A stretch of 64,000 nt of DNA from an uncultured Candidatus Saccharibacteria bacterium (GTDB lineage: Bacteria; Patescibacteriota; Minisyncoccia; Phycocordibacterales; CAZNKJ01): positions 2,075 through 66,074 of the forward strand of contig CAZNKJ010000002.1 in NCBI GenBank assembly GCA_964574145.1. Reading direction: 5' to 3'. The notes beneath the pieces were generated by a model. That model saw only the letters and a list, made by a program, of their open reading frames with translations, ran no database searches and was not told the origin of the DNA. The position numbers were made by a program, and so were the translations under genes. Shown piece by piece: positions 17,782-27,766 of the stretch (positions are counted from its first letter, which is position 1; every line of letters begins with the position of its first letter).

Positions 17782-18540
17782 ATGCATGATGAAAGTGAAG
17801 AAAAAAAGAAAACTCCGCATAATAATGAAAATAGACAGATAGAAAAAGCTCTTTTATGTGAAGAAAATAATGCAGTGGAATCTTGGCGAATTTTTAAAAT
17901 CATGGCAGAGTTTGTTTCTGGTTTTGAGGTGTTGCGACGGTATGATCTTGCTGTAACTTTTTTTGGATCAGCTAGAAGTGAATTAGGTGATAGAATTTAT
18001 GAACATACAACAGAGTTAGCATACAAACTGTCCAAATCAGGCTTTACAGTTATTACTGGAGGTGGTGGGGGAGTTATGGAAGCTGCTAATATTGGTGCTA
18101 CTAAAAACGCAGGTAGTAATTCAGTCGGTCTTAATATTAAACTGCCAAAAGAACAAATCCTAAATAAGTATGTGACTGACTCTGAAGGATTTCATTATTT
18201 TTTTACACGTAAGGTAATGCTAGCCTTTGCTTCAGAAGTATATGTTTTTATGCCGGGTGGTTTTGGTACATTAGACGAACTTTTTGAATTAGTAACTCTT
18301 ATTCAGACTAAAAAAATTAAAAGATTGCCCATAATTCTTTTTGGACGTGACCATTGGGAGCCATTGATTTCTTGGGTAGAGAAAGAACTATATTCTCACT
18401 TACATGCTGTTGATAAGGAAGATATGGAAATTTATCATCTAGTTGATTCAGTTGAAGAAGCATATGATGTAATAATGGAATTGACCGAAGGTGCTCGAAA
18501 AAAAATAGGAGGGAGACGTAGGCAAACTGGGACAGAATAG
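17782..18540 (+). CDS. LOG family protein (TIGR00730 Rossmann-fold, YgdH-like)
   Basis: FFGSAR ... GGGGGVMEAAN ... PGGFGTLDELFE motifs. Confidence 0.85.
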   Translation: MHDESEEKKKTPHNNENRQIEKALLCEENNAVESWRIFKIMAEFVSGFEVLRRYDLAVTFFGSARSELGDRIYEHTTELAYKLSKSGFTVITGGGGGVMEAANIGATKNAGSNSVGLNIKLPKEQILNKYVTDSEGFHYFFTRKVMLAFASEVYVFMPGGFGTLDELFELVTLIQTKKIKRLPIILFGRDHWEPLISWVEKELYSHLHAVDKEDMEIYHLVDSVEEAYDVIMELTEGARKKIGGRRRQTGTE

Positions 18541-18570
18541 TCGCTTATTTTTTTTTAGTTTAAATTTATC

Positions 18571-18687
18571 ATGTTACGAGTGACAAAAGAAAAACGATGG
18601 TATAAAGATAGACAAAATATTGCATTGATAACGGGGTTTATCAGTACTATAGTAACTCTTTTGAATTTTTGGATTTCAGTAAATTAA
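18571..18687 (+). CDS. putative 38-aa single-TM peptide (MLRVTKEKRWYKDRQNIALITGFISTIVTLLNFWISVN)
   Basis: Hand-translated; charged N-terminus then about 20 hydrophobic residues; followed immediately by a 20-bp perfect hairpin; no homology support. Confidence 0.25.
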   Translation: MLRVTKEKRWYKDRQNIALITGFISTIVTLLNFWISVN

Positions 18688-18695
18688 ACAGTGAA

Positions 18696-18741
18696 CCCAA
18701 AGCCTTTCTACGGCTGAGATGAGCCGTAGAAAGGCTTTGGG
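18696..18741 (+). terminator. 20-bp perfect inverted repeat (cccaaagcctttctacggct / agccgtagaaaggctttggg, 6-nt loop)
   Basis: Exact complementarity over 20 bp; GC-rich relative to surroundings; T-run only 12 nt further on. Confidence 0.55.
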
Positions 18742-18804
18742 GTGAGAGCCTTGCTTTTAAATTTCTTAGTGTGTTACGCTAATGTGACGTTGTGGTATGT
18801 GATA

Positions 18805-18833
18805 TTGACATAGTCGATTTGACGTGCTATGAT
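18805..18833 (+). promoter_or_regulatory. consensus sigma70-type promoter TTGACA-17 nt-TATGAT
   Basis: Perfect -35 with 17-nt spacer and near-perfect -10; about 150 nt upstream of the 18980 gene. Confidence 0.55.
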
Positions 18834-18979
18834 AGAAACAAGAATTCGGTACTGCCGGATTTTTCTTTTTGTTATTTTTTCTGTATTTAAATAAGTATAG
18901 AGAAAGAGCAAAAAGTTTGTCATCTAATAATTAGCTTATTTTACACATAGCATTTGCAATAAGTGCCATTCTGTCAACA

Positions 18980-19357
18980 ATGTTTGTTCCTGTGTCTGAC
19001 GGAATGGTAGTAGAAACATCTTATACTTTTTCTGAGTCACCAACGATAGAGGAGTATGTACAAGAGTATTATAAAGAAACCCCTATACTTGCTGATATAG
19101 CGCGGTGTGAGTCTCGAAACCGACAGTTTACAAAGAACGGTGATATTTTTCGTGGGGAGGTAAACGACAGAGATGTCGGAGTTATGCAAATCAATGAGGA
19201 TTATCATCTTAAGACATCCAAAAAACTAGGGTACGATCTGTATTCTTTGGAGGGGAACCTTGCATATGGTCAATATCTCTACAATAAAAAAGGAGTGGCT
19301 CCATGGAAAGCTTCATTTAAGTGTTGGAAAAAGAGTAATCATTTGGCGCGTAAATAA
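18980..19357 (+). CDS. lysozyme-like / lytic transglycosylase (SLT) domain protein, no signal peptide
   Basis: ARCESRNRQF ... DVGVMQINEDYH ... NLAYGQYLY fits the SLT/goose-lysozyme ES...GLMQI pattern. Confidence 0.5.
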   Translation: MFVPVSDGMVVETSYTFSESPTIEEYVQEYYKETPILADIARCESRNRQFTKNGDIFRGEVNDRDVGVMQINEDYHLKTSKKLGYDLYSLEGNLAYGQYLYNKKGVAPWKASFKCWKKSNHLARK

Positions 19358-19380
19358 AAAAGAATGAAAATAGAAGAATA

Positions 19381-19416
19381 CAACACCCACCAGTCTAGCC
19401 AGACTGGTGGGTGTTG
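19381..19416 (+). terminator. 16-bp perfect hairpin caacacccaccagtct-agcc-agactggtgggtgttg
   Basis: 24 nt downstream of the 18980..19357 stop. Confidence 0.65.
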
Positions 19417-20150
19417 TATATGTATTTGGTTTTAAACAAATGACTTTTGACGTAGTCGCTTTCTAGTTTTTAATAGGGGAGTATACCCAACTTTCTTTCT
19501 TAGCAGAATCAGTAATCTTTTAAATAAGGTTCGCACAATATATCTTTTGCGACACTTATGCAAACACTTTGGACTTTAAATATAAAAAATAAAATACTCA
19601 GACTTTTGCTTTTGCTACTATGTGTGTATAGTTAGTTTTTTATACACCACCTTCCTTCTCTGTCCGAGATCTCAGTTAGACTCCTTACAGTTTTTTCTAT
19701 AAATCTTATTAAAAAATGAACTCTGTCCCCTACTGATACTAGATTAGAACATTTAAGTAAATGGTGTCAATAAAATCTATTTGGTATCAATTAAAATACA
19801 AAGAGACTGTCCGTTTTAACTTTAACAGGCAGTCTCTATATTCTATGGTATTCCTTTAATTAATCCAATGTACAGTTCGCTGGTCGAGTCTTGTGCGGAC
19901 AGCGATGTTTGGGGCAACAACACACCCCACAACACAGAGTTAGCGCATCCCAACCATTATCAAATTCATACTGTTCTCCTAGTTTAAAAATTCTCGGGAA
20001 GGTAAAAAAGAATTTCTTTTGTCCCACTGACTCTTGTTTAAAAAAATCAGTTCTTCTTCTTAAGAAAATTTTCTTATACATGAGAATCTTTCCTTCTATT
20101 CGTTAGGTTACTACTTAGAGCTTAACACGTTATCCTTTATTTATTAGTTG

Positions 20151-21452
20151 TCAACGAAGAGTGTCGGCATCTCGTAAGTAGTCTAATGGATTGAGATAAG
20201 CTTCGTATGGGGCTATTGGTATAGTAACTACTTTTCCGTTACTTTTACAGGTGTATTTTGTTAACACAACAGCGTCTGCTATGTAGGTGGTAAAGTGTAG
20301 ATGAGGACCTATTGAGTATCCTGTATTACCGGAAAATCCTATAACATCTCCAGTACTAACTGTCTGTCCAGCTTTTACACTAACTACTGATAGGTGCGCG
20401 TACAGAGTAGAAAGTCCATTGTTGTGTTGTATTAGTATCCATTTCCCATACTGGCAATAGCGCACAGAGCCAAGATTTATAGCCTTAACTGTCCCCCCTA
20501 AGGATGCATATACAGACGTTCCTTCTGATGCTCTCAAGTCAACACCGTTATGTCCCTTCCCATTGTATCCTCCAGATCGGGCAAATGGAGTATTTCCAAA
20601 GTACTGAGTAACCCTGAGTCTATTAAGAGGCCATCCGAGTACCCCCTGACCTACAGAAGGAATGGAGTTTGGGTTAAGTGTGAATTTAAGTTGAGATTCC
20701 AGGTCTTGCAAATCTTTTTCAAAACGTTTTTGTGCAGCGCGTTTTGTAGTAAGTAACTTTTGATAGGAGGTCTCTTTGCTTTTGGTAATGGTCAAGAGCT
20801 GGTTTTTTTCAGAACGGTTGTTGTCCAGCACCTTTTTCTTGCCAGCAAGTTCTTTTTTATAAGTAGAAAGTTTGGAGCGCTGTCTCTCAGATTCTTTTTT
20901 CCTTGTTTCTAACTCTTTTTTAAGTAGAGTTAGTTTTTTAACATCTTCTTGCATAACCAATTGAAAACGTTCCATAGTTGTTACTTGGTCCCAGGTTTCA
21001 GAAAGATTCTTATTGGCAAGAATTGTTTCTATAGGTGAATTAGATTCTATTTCATAAATAGTACGTATGGTTTTAGCTATAGCTTTCTTGTTTTGAATTA
21101 CTGTTTTTTCTTTATTAACAATTTCAGTCTTAATTTCTTCTAAAGTAAGATCCGTTGTTTTGATTTTATATTTTGTCAAAGAAATATCTGTTGAGATTTT
21201 TTTTCTGGAGAGATCCAAAGTTTTAATTGCTCTTTGTAAAGTTTTCTTTTCTTTCCCTACTATTCGCAGATCAGCTTCATGTTTATTAATTTCACCTTCT
21301 AGTTTTTTGATTAATTCATTTCTGTTCTCTATCCTTTCTTTTATCTCTTTTTCTGTTGCTGGTTGGGCAAATACATAGTTATTTACCCATACAAATTGTG
21401 TAAATAGAATAATAATAACTATATATATAGTTTTGTTGAGTTCAATTTTCAT
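20151..21452 (-). CDS. M23 family metallopeptidase with N-terminal coiled-coil (EnvC-like)
   Basis: Signal/TM, long coiled coil, HNGVDL and GNTGYSIGPHLHF M23 motifs. Confidence 0.85.
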   Translation of the reverse strand: MKIELNKTIYIVIIILFTQFVWVNNYVFAQPATEKEIKERIENRNELIKKLEGEINKHEADLRIVGKEKKTLQRAIKTLDLSRKKISTDISLTKYKIKTTDLTLEEIKTEIVNKEKTVIQNKKAIAKTIRTIYEIESNSPIETILANKNLSETWDQVTTMERFQLVMQEDVKKLTLLKKELETRKKESERQRSKLSTYKKELAGKKKVLDNNRSEKNQLLTITKSKETSYQKLLTTKRAAQKRFEKDLQDLESQLKFTLNPNSIPSVGQGVLGWPLNRLRVTQYFGNTPFARSGGYNGKGHNGVDLRASEGTSVYASLGGTVKAINLGSVRYCQYGKWILIQHNNGLSTLYAHLSVVSVKAGQTVSTGDVIGFSGNTGYSIGPHLHFTTYIADAVVLTKYTCKSNGKVVTIPIAPYEAYLNPLDYLRDADTLR

Positions 21453-22833
21453 TTTTTAATAATTCGTGGGCAGACAGGAGTCTTTTAAGTGTCTCTTGTT
21501 TCCCTATGATAGCTGCAATAGTAAATGGGTCTGAGGATCTTTCTTTACCTGAAAGAGCTACTCGCATAGGCCAGAGAACCAACCCCCTTCCCTCTTCGCT
21601 AGCATAATCCCATAAAGCATCTTTAATTTTTTCTTTATTGAAGTGTTCTGTCGGAATAGTTTTTATGTATTTCTCAATTACGAGTAGTCTCTTTTTAGTG
21701 TTCTCCACATTCTCTTCTTCTTTTTTAGGAAGTAAAAGATTAGAGCTACTCAATAAAGGAGCTTCGAAGTAATAATCTAATTCCCCCTCGTCTGTCGATT
21801 TTTTAATCTCACTGAAGTGAGTTATTCGTTCCCTAAGAACAATGGCTACTTCCTTAAGTCTTTCTTTAGTATATGTTCTTTTTTCCTTTATGAGATCAGG
21901 CATATGTTCTTCAATGTTTTTTATGAGTTTCTCTATTGGCATGATTTTAATATACTCAGAGTTAAACCAATTAAGTTTTTCTATGTTAAACACAGCTCCT
22001 CCTTTTTGTATATGTTTTAGAGAAAATTTTTCGATGAGATCGTCCAATGTAAAAAATTCTTGTTCTGTTCCAGGATTCCAGCCTAACAGTGCTAAGTAAT
22101 TTATCAAAGCCTCTGGAAGATATCCTTCTTTTTTATATTCTTCAATACTGACTGTGGTATTTTTTCGTTTTGATAATTTAGAACGGTCTGCGGCCAAGAT
22201 AAGAGGTATGTGAGCATACAGATGTCTTTCTATGCCTAATGCCTCTTGAATTAAAATTTGACGGGGGGTATTTGAGATATGATCTTCTCCACGAATTATA
22301 TGAGATACATTCATGTCATCATCATCTATTACTACAGCCAAATGGTACAATGGTTCATTTATACTCCTAGCTATAACAAAATCTCCTAACTCAGATGTGT
22401 TGAATGTAACATCACCACGAATAATGTCTGTAAAAGTTATATTTTTATTTTGATTGCGTAAGCGCACTACTTCTACCTCATTTCCAGACCCATCTTTACT
22501 TATTTCTTTTGAAACAAATGCTTTGTCTGTGTCTAGTAATTTTTTTATAGCGCTGGTATAAATATCTGCTCTCTCACTCTGTCGATAAAATTCATCGTGA
22601 GTGAGTCCTAACCAAGCGAGCCCATCTAATATTTCTTTTTCATATTTATCAGAACTTCTTTTTACATCTGTATCTTCTGAACGAATGATAAATTTGCCTT
22701 TATTTTGTCGTGCGAAAAGAAAATTAAATAAGGATGTGCGAGCCGTTCCTATGTGTAAATTTCCAGTAGGGCTGGGGGCGATTCGTGTTACTACTTCGGT
22801 AGATTTTCGCATTGTAATTTTATTTATTTTCAT
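21442..22833 (-). CDS. gltX: glutamate--tRNA ligase
   Basis: APSPTGNLHIGTARTSLFN (HIGH region), KLSKR (KMSKS-type). Confidence 0.9.
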   Translation of the reverse strand: MKINKITMRKSTEVVTRIAPSPTGNLHIGTARTSLFNFLFARQNKGKFIIRSEDTDVKRSSDKYEKEILDGLAWLGLTHDEFYRQSERADIYTSAIKKLLDTDKAFVSKEISKDGSGNEVEVVRLRNQNKNITFTDIIRGDVTFNTSELGDFVIARSINEPLYHLAVVIDDDDMNVSHIIRGEDHISNTPRQILIQEALGIERHLYAHIPLILAADRSKLSKRKNTTVSIEEYKKEGYLPEALINYLALLGWNPGTEQEFFTLDDLIEKFSLKHIQKGGAVFNIEKLNWFNSEYIKIMPIEKLIKNIEEHMPDLIKEKRTYTKERLKEVAIVLRERITHFSEIKKSTDEGELDYYFEAPLLSSSNLLLPKKEEENVENTKKRLLVIEKYIKTIPTEHFNKEKIKDALWDYASEEGRGLVLWPMRVALSGKERSSDPFTIAAIIGKQETLKRLLSAHELLKNEN

Positions 22834-23956
22834 GATTTAGAGCTATTTCCATTACCGCTTCGGCAATAGAACGGGCTGCTCTTGGTGTAGCGAATTTTTT
22901 TGCGGCTTCCGACATTTCTTTCTGTAATTCATTATTTTTCATAATACGTTCAATTTCTGAAAGAAGAAGATTTGGAGTAAGGTTTCTTTCTTCAATAACG
23001 TCGGTTGCTCCTCCGCGCGCGTAGGTGTAAGCATTTTTTTGTTGATCATGAGAAATTTCTTCTGGAATTGGGACAATTATTGACGGTAGTCCCCAAGCAG
23101 CTATTTCAAAAATAGCCACCGATCCTGCTCGTGATATAACCAAAGTTGAAGCTCCTGCAGCCATACGCATAGCTAAAAGATCTAAGTAGTTAAAAATATT
23201 ATATCTATTTTTGTATTTATTTTCGCGAAGAATAAATTCTGATGTCCTCTGAACTTCTTCAAAGTTTTTCTTTCCGGTTTGATGGATAATTTGGTATTTT
23301 TCGATTAATTTAGGTAAAGCGTCTAATATAACATCATTGATACGCACGGCACCTTGTGAGCCCCCAAGTATTAAGATAGTAGGTATTTTTTGGTCAAGTT
23401 TTAAAAATTCTTTCCCACCTTCTTTGGCTACTGTATAAAGTGCATGTCGAATCGGCTGGCCTGTTAAAGCAACGTTCTCATTTCCTTTGAAATACTCTGC
23501 GGTTTCAGGGTATGAAATGGCTATTTTTTTAGCAAATTTACCTGCCCAGGCGTTAACTCTGCCTGGCTTCACATCTGATTCATGGATAACTACAGGTATA
23601 CGCAAGATTCGCGCGGCAACAAGAGTTGGAAAGCTGGCGTAACCTCCTTTACTGAATACAACATCTGGATATATTCTATATAGACGTAATATTGAGCGTA
23701 TGACTCCGTACATTGTTTTTAGCAGGTCAAATAAATTGAGAATTGAGAAATATCGACGTATTTTCCCTGCAGAACTTTGTTGAAATTTAATATCATTTTC
23801 ATACAGAGCTCTAGGGTCAAAAGGTTCTGGACCAATATAGTAAAGTTTAGGTTCTAGAATCTTTCTTTCCTCTACAATAGAATGTATCTCCTCCGCAACT
23901 GCTATAATAGGGTAAAAATGCCCCCCACTACCTCCTCCTGTAAAAACGATTTTCAT
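22820..23956 (-). CDS. murG: undecaprenyldiphospho-muramoylpentapeptide beta-N-acetylglucosaminyltransferase MurG
   Basis: MKIVFTGGGSGGHFYPIIAV N-terminus, GT28 fold. Confidence 0.9.
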   Translation of the reverse strand: MKIVFTGGGSGGHFYPIIAVAEEIHSIVEERKILEPKLYYIGPEPFDPRALYENDIKFQQSSAGKIRRYFSILNLFDLLKTMYGVIRSILRLYRIYPDVVFSKGGYASFPTLVAARILRIPVVIHESDVKPGRVNAWAGKFAKKIAISYPETAEYFKGNENVALTGQPIRHALYTVAKEGGKEFLKLDQKIPTILILGGSQGAVRINDVILDALPKLIEKYQIIHQTGKKNFEEVQRTSEFILRENKYKNRYNIFNYLDLLAMRMAAGASTLVISRAGSVAIFEIAAWGLPSIIVPIPEEISHDQQKNAYTYARGGATDVIEERNLTPNLLLSEIERIMKNNELQKEMSEAAKKFATPRAARSIAEAVMEIALNHENK

Positions 23957-23971
23957 TACATTTTTTATTTA

Positions 23972-25090
23972 CTAAGATGATATCTTATTTTTTGTGGCAT
24001 ATCGTGACACATTCAGGATAATACCAACCCCAATTAAGGCAAGAAATAGTGCACTACCTCCGTGACTTACGAACAATAGAGGTAGCCCTGTTAATGGAAA
24101 TATTCCAACTAGTGATCCTATGTTTATAAATGATTGAGATGTGATAAGTATAACAATTCCGACCACAATGAGTCCACCAAATTTATCAGGAGCACGGCTT
24201 GCTATTCTCATTCCTCGCAAGGTAAAAAATATAAAAAGAGATATCAAAAAAGTTACTCCAATAAATCCAAATTCTTCTGCAAAGACTGCAAATATGGAGT
24301 CTCCTATTGGTTCTGGTAGGTAATTAAATTTTTGTACACTTTGACCAAACCCTCTGCCGAACATTTGACCTGATCCTATGGCTATTAATGCTTGTTGTAT
24401 TTGGTAGCCACTGCCTAGAGGGTCTAGGGCTGGATTTAAAAAAGTCAAAAGTCTATCCATAACGTAGGGTCTGACGCTTGCTACTACTGCAAATGCACCC
24501 ACTGATAGGACTCCAAGTCCTACTATGTCGCGAACACGAGCGCCAGCTGCCACAAACATAGCCAATGCTGTAGAAAAAATTACTAATACGGTTCCTGTGT
24601 CTGGCTGAAGAAGTAAAATGATGCTTGGTAAGCTTAATAAGCCGACAAACGGCAAGATCCCTTGTTTCCAGGAATAAAGTTTTTCTTTAAGAGAAGATAG
24701 AAAAGATGCTAAGTAAATAACAAAACCAAGTTTTAATAATTCAGCTGGTTGAAATGTCGTGAAGCCAATGTTAATCCATCGAGTTGCTCCACCGTAGCTA
24801 AATCCTATACCTGGTACAAAAACTAAAAGTGTGATACCTAAAGATATAAGAAATATATAAGGAGCGTATCGACGATATATACGATAATGAATACGTGTGG
24901 CGAACAGAAGTCCAATGAAACCCCCAATAATTCCAAGAAAAATTTGGCCGAGTGCTACAGAGGTAAATGTAGCCCCGTTACGCGCTAAAAGTCCCAAAGA
25001 AGCTGATGAAAAAATTAAAAAACCGACAAATACTAGGACTATTACAGAGATAAGAAAGGTACGGTCAGTACTATTACGTGGGCGTAACAT
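23972..25090 (-). CDS. ftsW: SEDS-family peptidoglycan glycosyltransferase FtsW/RodA
   Basis: 10-TM FtsW/RodA pattern; sits between mraY and murG. Confidence 0.85.
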   Translation of the reverse strand: MLRPRNSTDRTFLISVIVLVFVGFLIFSSASLGLLARNGATFTSVALGQIFLGIIGGFIGLLFATRIHYRIYRRYAPYIFLISLGITLLVFVPGIGFSYGGATRWINIGFTTFQPAELLKLGFVIYLASFLSSLKEKLYSWKQGILPFVGLLSLPSIILLLQPDTGTVLVIFSTALAMFVAAGARVRDIVGLGVLSVGAFAVVASVRPYVMDRLLTFLNPALDPLGSGYQIQQALIAIGSGQMFGRGFGQSVQKFNYLPEPIGDSIFAVFAEEFGFIGVTFLISLFIFFTLRGMRIASRAPDKFGGLIVVGIVILITSQSFINIGSLVGIFPLTGLPLLFVSHGGSALFLALIGVGIILNVSRYATKNKISS

Positions 25091-25094
25091 ATAC

Positions 25095-26150
25095 TTATCC
25101 TATAAAAGCAAGAATTATTCCTGACAGTGCAAAAACAACAGAAAGGATCCAATATCTCATTACTACCTTAGGTCCAGACCACCCTATAGCTTCAAAATGA
25201 TGATGAATCGGAGCAACTCGAAAAATCTTTTTTCCGCGGATTTTTTTTGAAAGTACTTGCAAGATATTTGAACCTACTGTGATGACTAAAAGAAAAGCAA
25301 TGATAGGAAGAACAGCTATTCCAATCCCCCCTCCAAGGGAATCTGTCATAAATGCTATGACAGCTATGGTAAGTGTGAGTCCCATTGTTCCCGTTTCTGT
25401 CATGTAAAAACGTGCAGGAGGAATATTAAACCAAAGAAAAGCAAGAATAGCGCCTGTGATCATCGCAGAGAAGGCTGCCAAATTAATTTGATCTTGACTG
25501 AAAGCTATAGCAGAGTATGCAGCAAAGATGCTCGCGAATACTCCTCCAGAGAGTCCGTCTATCCCATCTATTACACCACTTGCATATAATGCTAAGGAGA
25601 CTGTGATAAAAAATGGAATAATAAGCCAACCAATTTCAAAAATACCACCAAAAGGAATTCCTATACCTGTAATATCAAGTTTTGTATAAAACCACCATCC
25701 TATAAAGCCGGATATTAATGTGATGAAAATGAGTCTACGTTGTAGTGAAAGTCCGTCTTTTCCACGTATGTCCATTAGATCATTGAACAGACCCACTAAT
25801 GCTCCGAGTATTAGTGTAAATAAAGGTATCCAAGTTTGTTCTCGTGACAGAAAACTTAATTTTATAGTAGCAGTGCTTGGAAAAAGTTGAGCTAAAAAAG
25901 CAATGCCTATGATTGTAATAATAGCGCTACCCCAAATAACAATCCCCCCCATTCTAGGTATATAGCCTTCTTTTTCTCTATGTAGTTTGTTAAATTCTTG
26001 CGCGTCTGTTCCATCAAGGGCTATTTTCCCAGGTATCTTTTTCCAAGCTTTATATTTATAGAGATAGTGAGTTAGTATTGGTGTAATTAAAATACCCACT
26101 AAAAAAGCAGTAGTGGCTGGAAGCATTATTTTAACAACGTCAATTATCAT
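25095..26150 (-). CDS. mraY: phospho-N-acetylmuramoyl-pentapeptide transferase MraY
   Basis: VAPIHHHFE motif, polytopic membrane protein. Confidence 0.9.
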   Translation of the reverse strand: MIIDVVKIMLPATTAFLVGILITPILTHYLYKYKAWKKIPGKIALDGTDAQEFNKLHREKEGYIPRMGGIVIWGSAIITIIGIAFLAQLFPSTATIKLSFLSREQTWIPLFTLILGALVGLFNDLMDIRGKDGLSLQRRLIFITLISGFIGWWFYTKLDITGIGIPFGGIFEIGWLIIPFFITVSLALYASGVIDGIDGLSGGVFASIFAAYSAIAFSQDQINLAAFSAMITGAILAFLWFNIPPARFYMTETGTMGLTLTIAVIAFMTDSLGGGIGIAVLPIIAFLLVITVGSNILQVLSKKIRGKKIFRVAPIHHHFEAIGWSGPKVVMRYWILSVVFALSGIILAFIG

Positions 26151-26176
26151 TTTGTTTAGTATAGTCTAACGAATCC

Positions 26177-27169
26177 TTATTCTTTCTGCAAAGCAAAAAA
26201 ATCTAACGTTTTTTGAACTAATAGTTCGACATCTTTGAAGCGTCCTTCAAAGGTTGACCCTAGGACTGAAATTAAAATCGGGCGATTAATTCCAGCGTCA
26301 AATGCCACAACTAAATTTCCACCAGCAAGATCTGTAAAACCTGTTTTTGAAGCAATAAGGCCGGGAATATTTTTGATAGATTTATTAGTGTTATCTCCAT
26401 CATGTAATTTGTTGTCAAGGGATAGATAATATACAGAGGTCTCACGAGTTGCATCTAACGAAACCGGGGTGTGCAAGAGAGAGTAATAAAGTAGAGTAAC
26501 TACATCTTTTGCGGATCCATAACCTCCGCTTATGTATTTGTTTGTATCAAGTCCTGTTGGATTGAGAAAATAGGTTTGAGTTAATCCTATTTTCCCCGCT
26601 TTTTTATTCATCAGATTCACAAAAGCTTTTCCGGCTTTTATGTTTGGATTTTTGTCTATAGATCCAGCGGCATAAGCAAGTGCTCGCGCCCCATCGTTAG
26701 AAGAAACAAGAAGGGTAAAACTTATTAAATCTTTTACTTTCCATTCTTCTCCTTGTATAAGTCCGCTGTCCCCTTCCGCAGATAGCGCTTGTTTGTTTAT
26801 TAGTATCTTACTTTCAGGAGATAGCTTTTCTGTTGAAATAATAGCTGTCATGAGTTTTGTAAGAGAAGCTAGAGGTAGTTGTGTTTCTTTATTTTTACTA
26901 TAAAGAATTTTCCCACTTTGCGCATCAAATACATATGCTGCTTTGGCAGATATAGAAACTGAATCAAAAGGATTAGATTCCAGAGAAGTTTTCTCTGCAC
27001 GTTTGGTTTTTCCTCCTCCTTCAATTTTTTGTGAAGAAAATGAGAGGGTGTAAATTGTAATTATTGTAAGAAAAAGAAAACTAGAAATAATCAAAAGAAA
27101 AAGAAAACGTTTAGAAAAAACTTTATCTTCCTTTTCTATGGGTGTTGTTGAATTTACTTCTTCGTACAT
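26177..27169 (-). CDS. D-alanyl-D-alanine carboxypeptidase (peptidase S11, PBP5-like)
   Basis: SxxK (ASLTK), SxN (SSND), KTG motifs; N-terminal TM. Confidence 0.8.
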   Translation of the reverse strand: MYEEVNSTTPIEKEDKVFSKRFLFLLIISSFLFLTIITIYTLSFSSQKIEGGGKTKRAEKTSLESNPFDSVSISAKAAYVFDAQSGKILYSKNKETQLPLASLTKLMTAIISTEKLSPESKILINKQALSAEGDSGLIQGEEWKVKDLISFTLLVSSNDGARALAYAAGSIDKNPNIKAGKAFVNLMNKKAGKIGLTQTYFLNPTGLDTNKYISGGYGSAKDVVTLLYYSLLHTPVSLDATRETSVYYLSLDNKLHDGDNTNKSIKNIPGLIASKTGFTDLAGGNLVVAFDAGINRPILISVLGSTFEGRFKDVELLVQKTLDFFALQKE

Positions 27170-27197
27170 ATTTATTTAATTTAATAAGCTTTCCTAT

Positions 27198-27752
27198 CTA
27201 TGAAATGGTCATTGAGTCAGTATCCAAACTTTCCGATTCAAATTTTTTCAGTTCGGATAATATTTTTTGGTATTCTGGAAGATCTGTAACAGAAGTTACT
27301 CCAAGAAAAGAAAGAAGTTCTGTGGTGGTTTTATATATATAACTCCTGCTGTCATTAGGGTTGGATGTTTTTTCTATGAGTCCGCGTATAAGCAAGTTAC
27401 GGAGTATAAAGGTGGAATTAACTCCGCGGATGTAGTCTATCTCGCTTCGGGTTACATGGCCTTTATATAGGATGATAGCAAGCACTTCAGACCCAGCTTT
27501 TCCTAGGTCGCGAGAAAGCTCTTCTCTACGAATATTCTCTATTAGATTCGCCTCTTCAGACGCTGTGCGAAGCTCTAGTTTGTCTCCAGAAATAACGAGA
27601 TTGATACCGCGATTTTCAAGATTTTTTCCTAGTATTTCCACAGATTCTTTTATCTTTTCTTCAGAAGATTGTAGAAGTTTAGAAAGTTCTTTTATTTTCA
27701 TTGGCTCAGCTTTATAAAACAGCAGAGCTTCTATTTTTTGTTCTAATCGCAT
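27198..27752 (-). CDS. scpB: segregation and condensation protein B
   Basis: ScpB winged-helix pattern (ALLFYKAEPMKIKEL ... ILYKGHVTRSEIDYIRGV). Confidence 0.85.
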   Translation of the reverse strand: MRLEQKIEALLFYKAEPMKIKELSKLLQSSEEKIKESVEILGKNLENRGINLVISGDKLELRTASEEANLIENIRREELSRDLGKAGSEVLAIILYKGHVTRSEIDYIRGVNSTFILRNLLIRGLIEKTSNPNDSRSYIYKTTTELLSFLGVTSVTDLPEYQKILSELKKFESESLDTDSMTIS

Positions 27753-27766
27753 TTTATTAACTTGAT

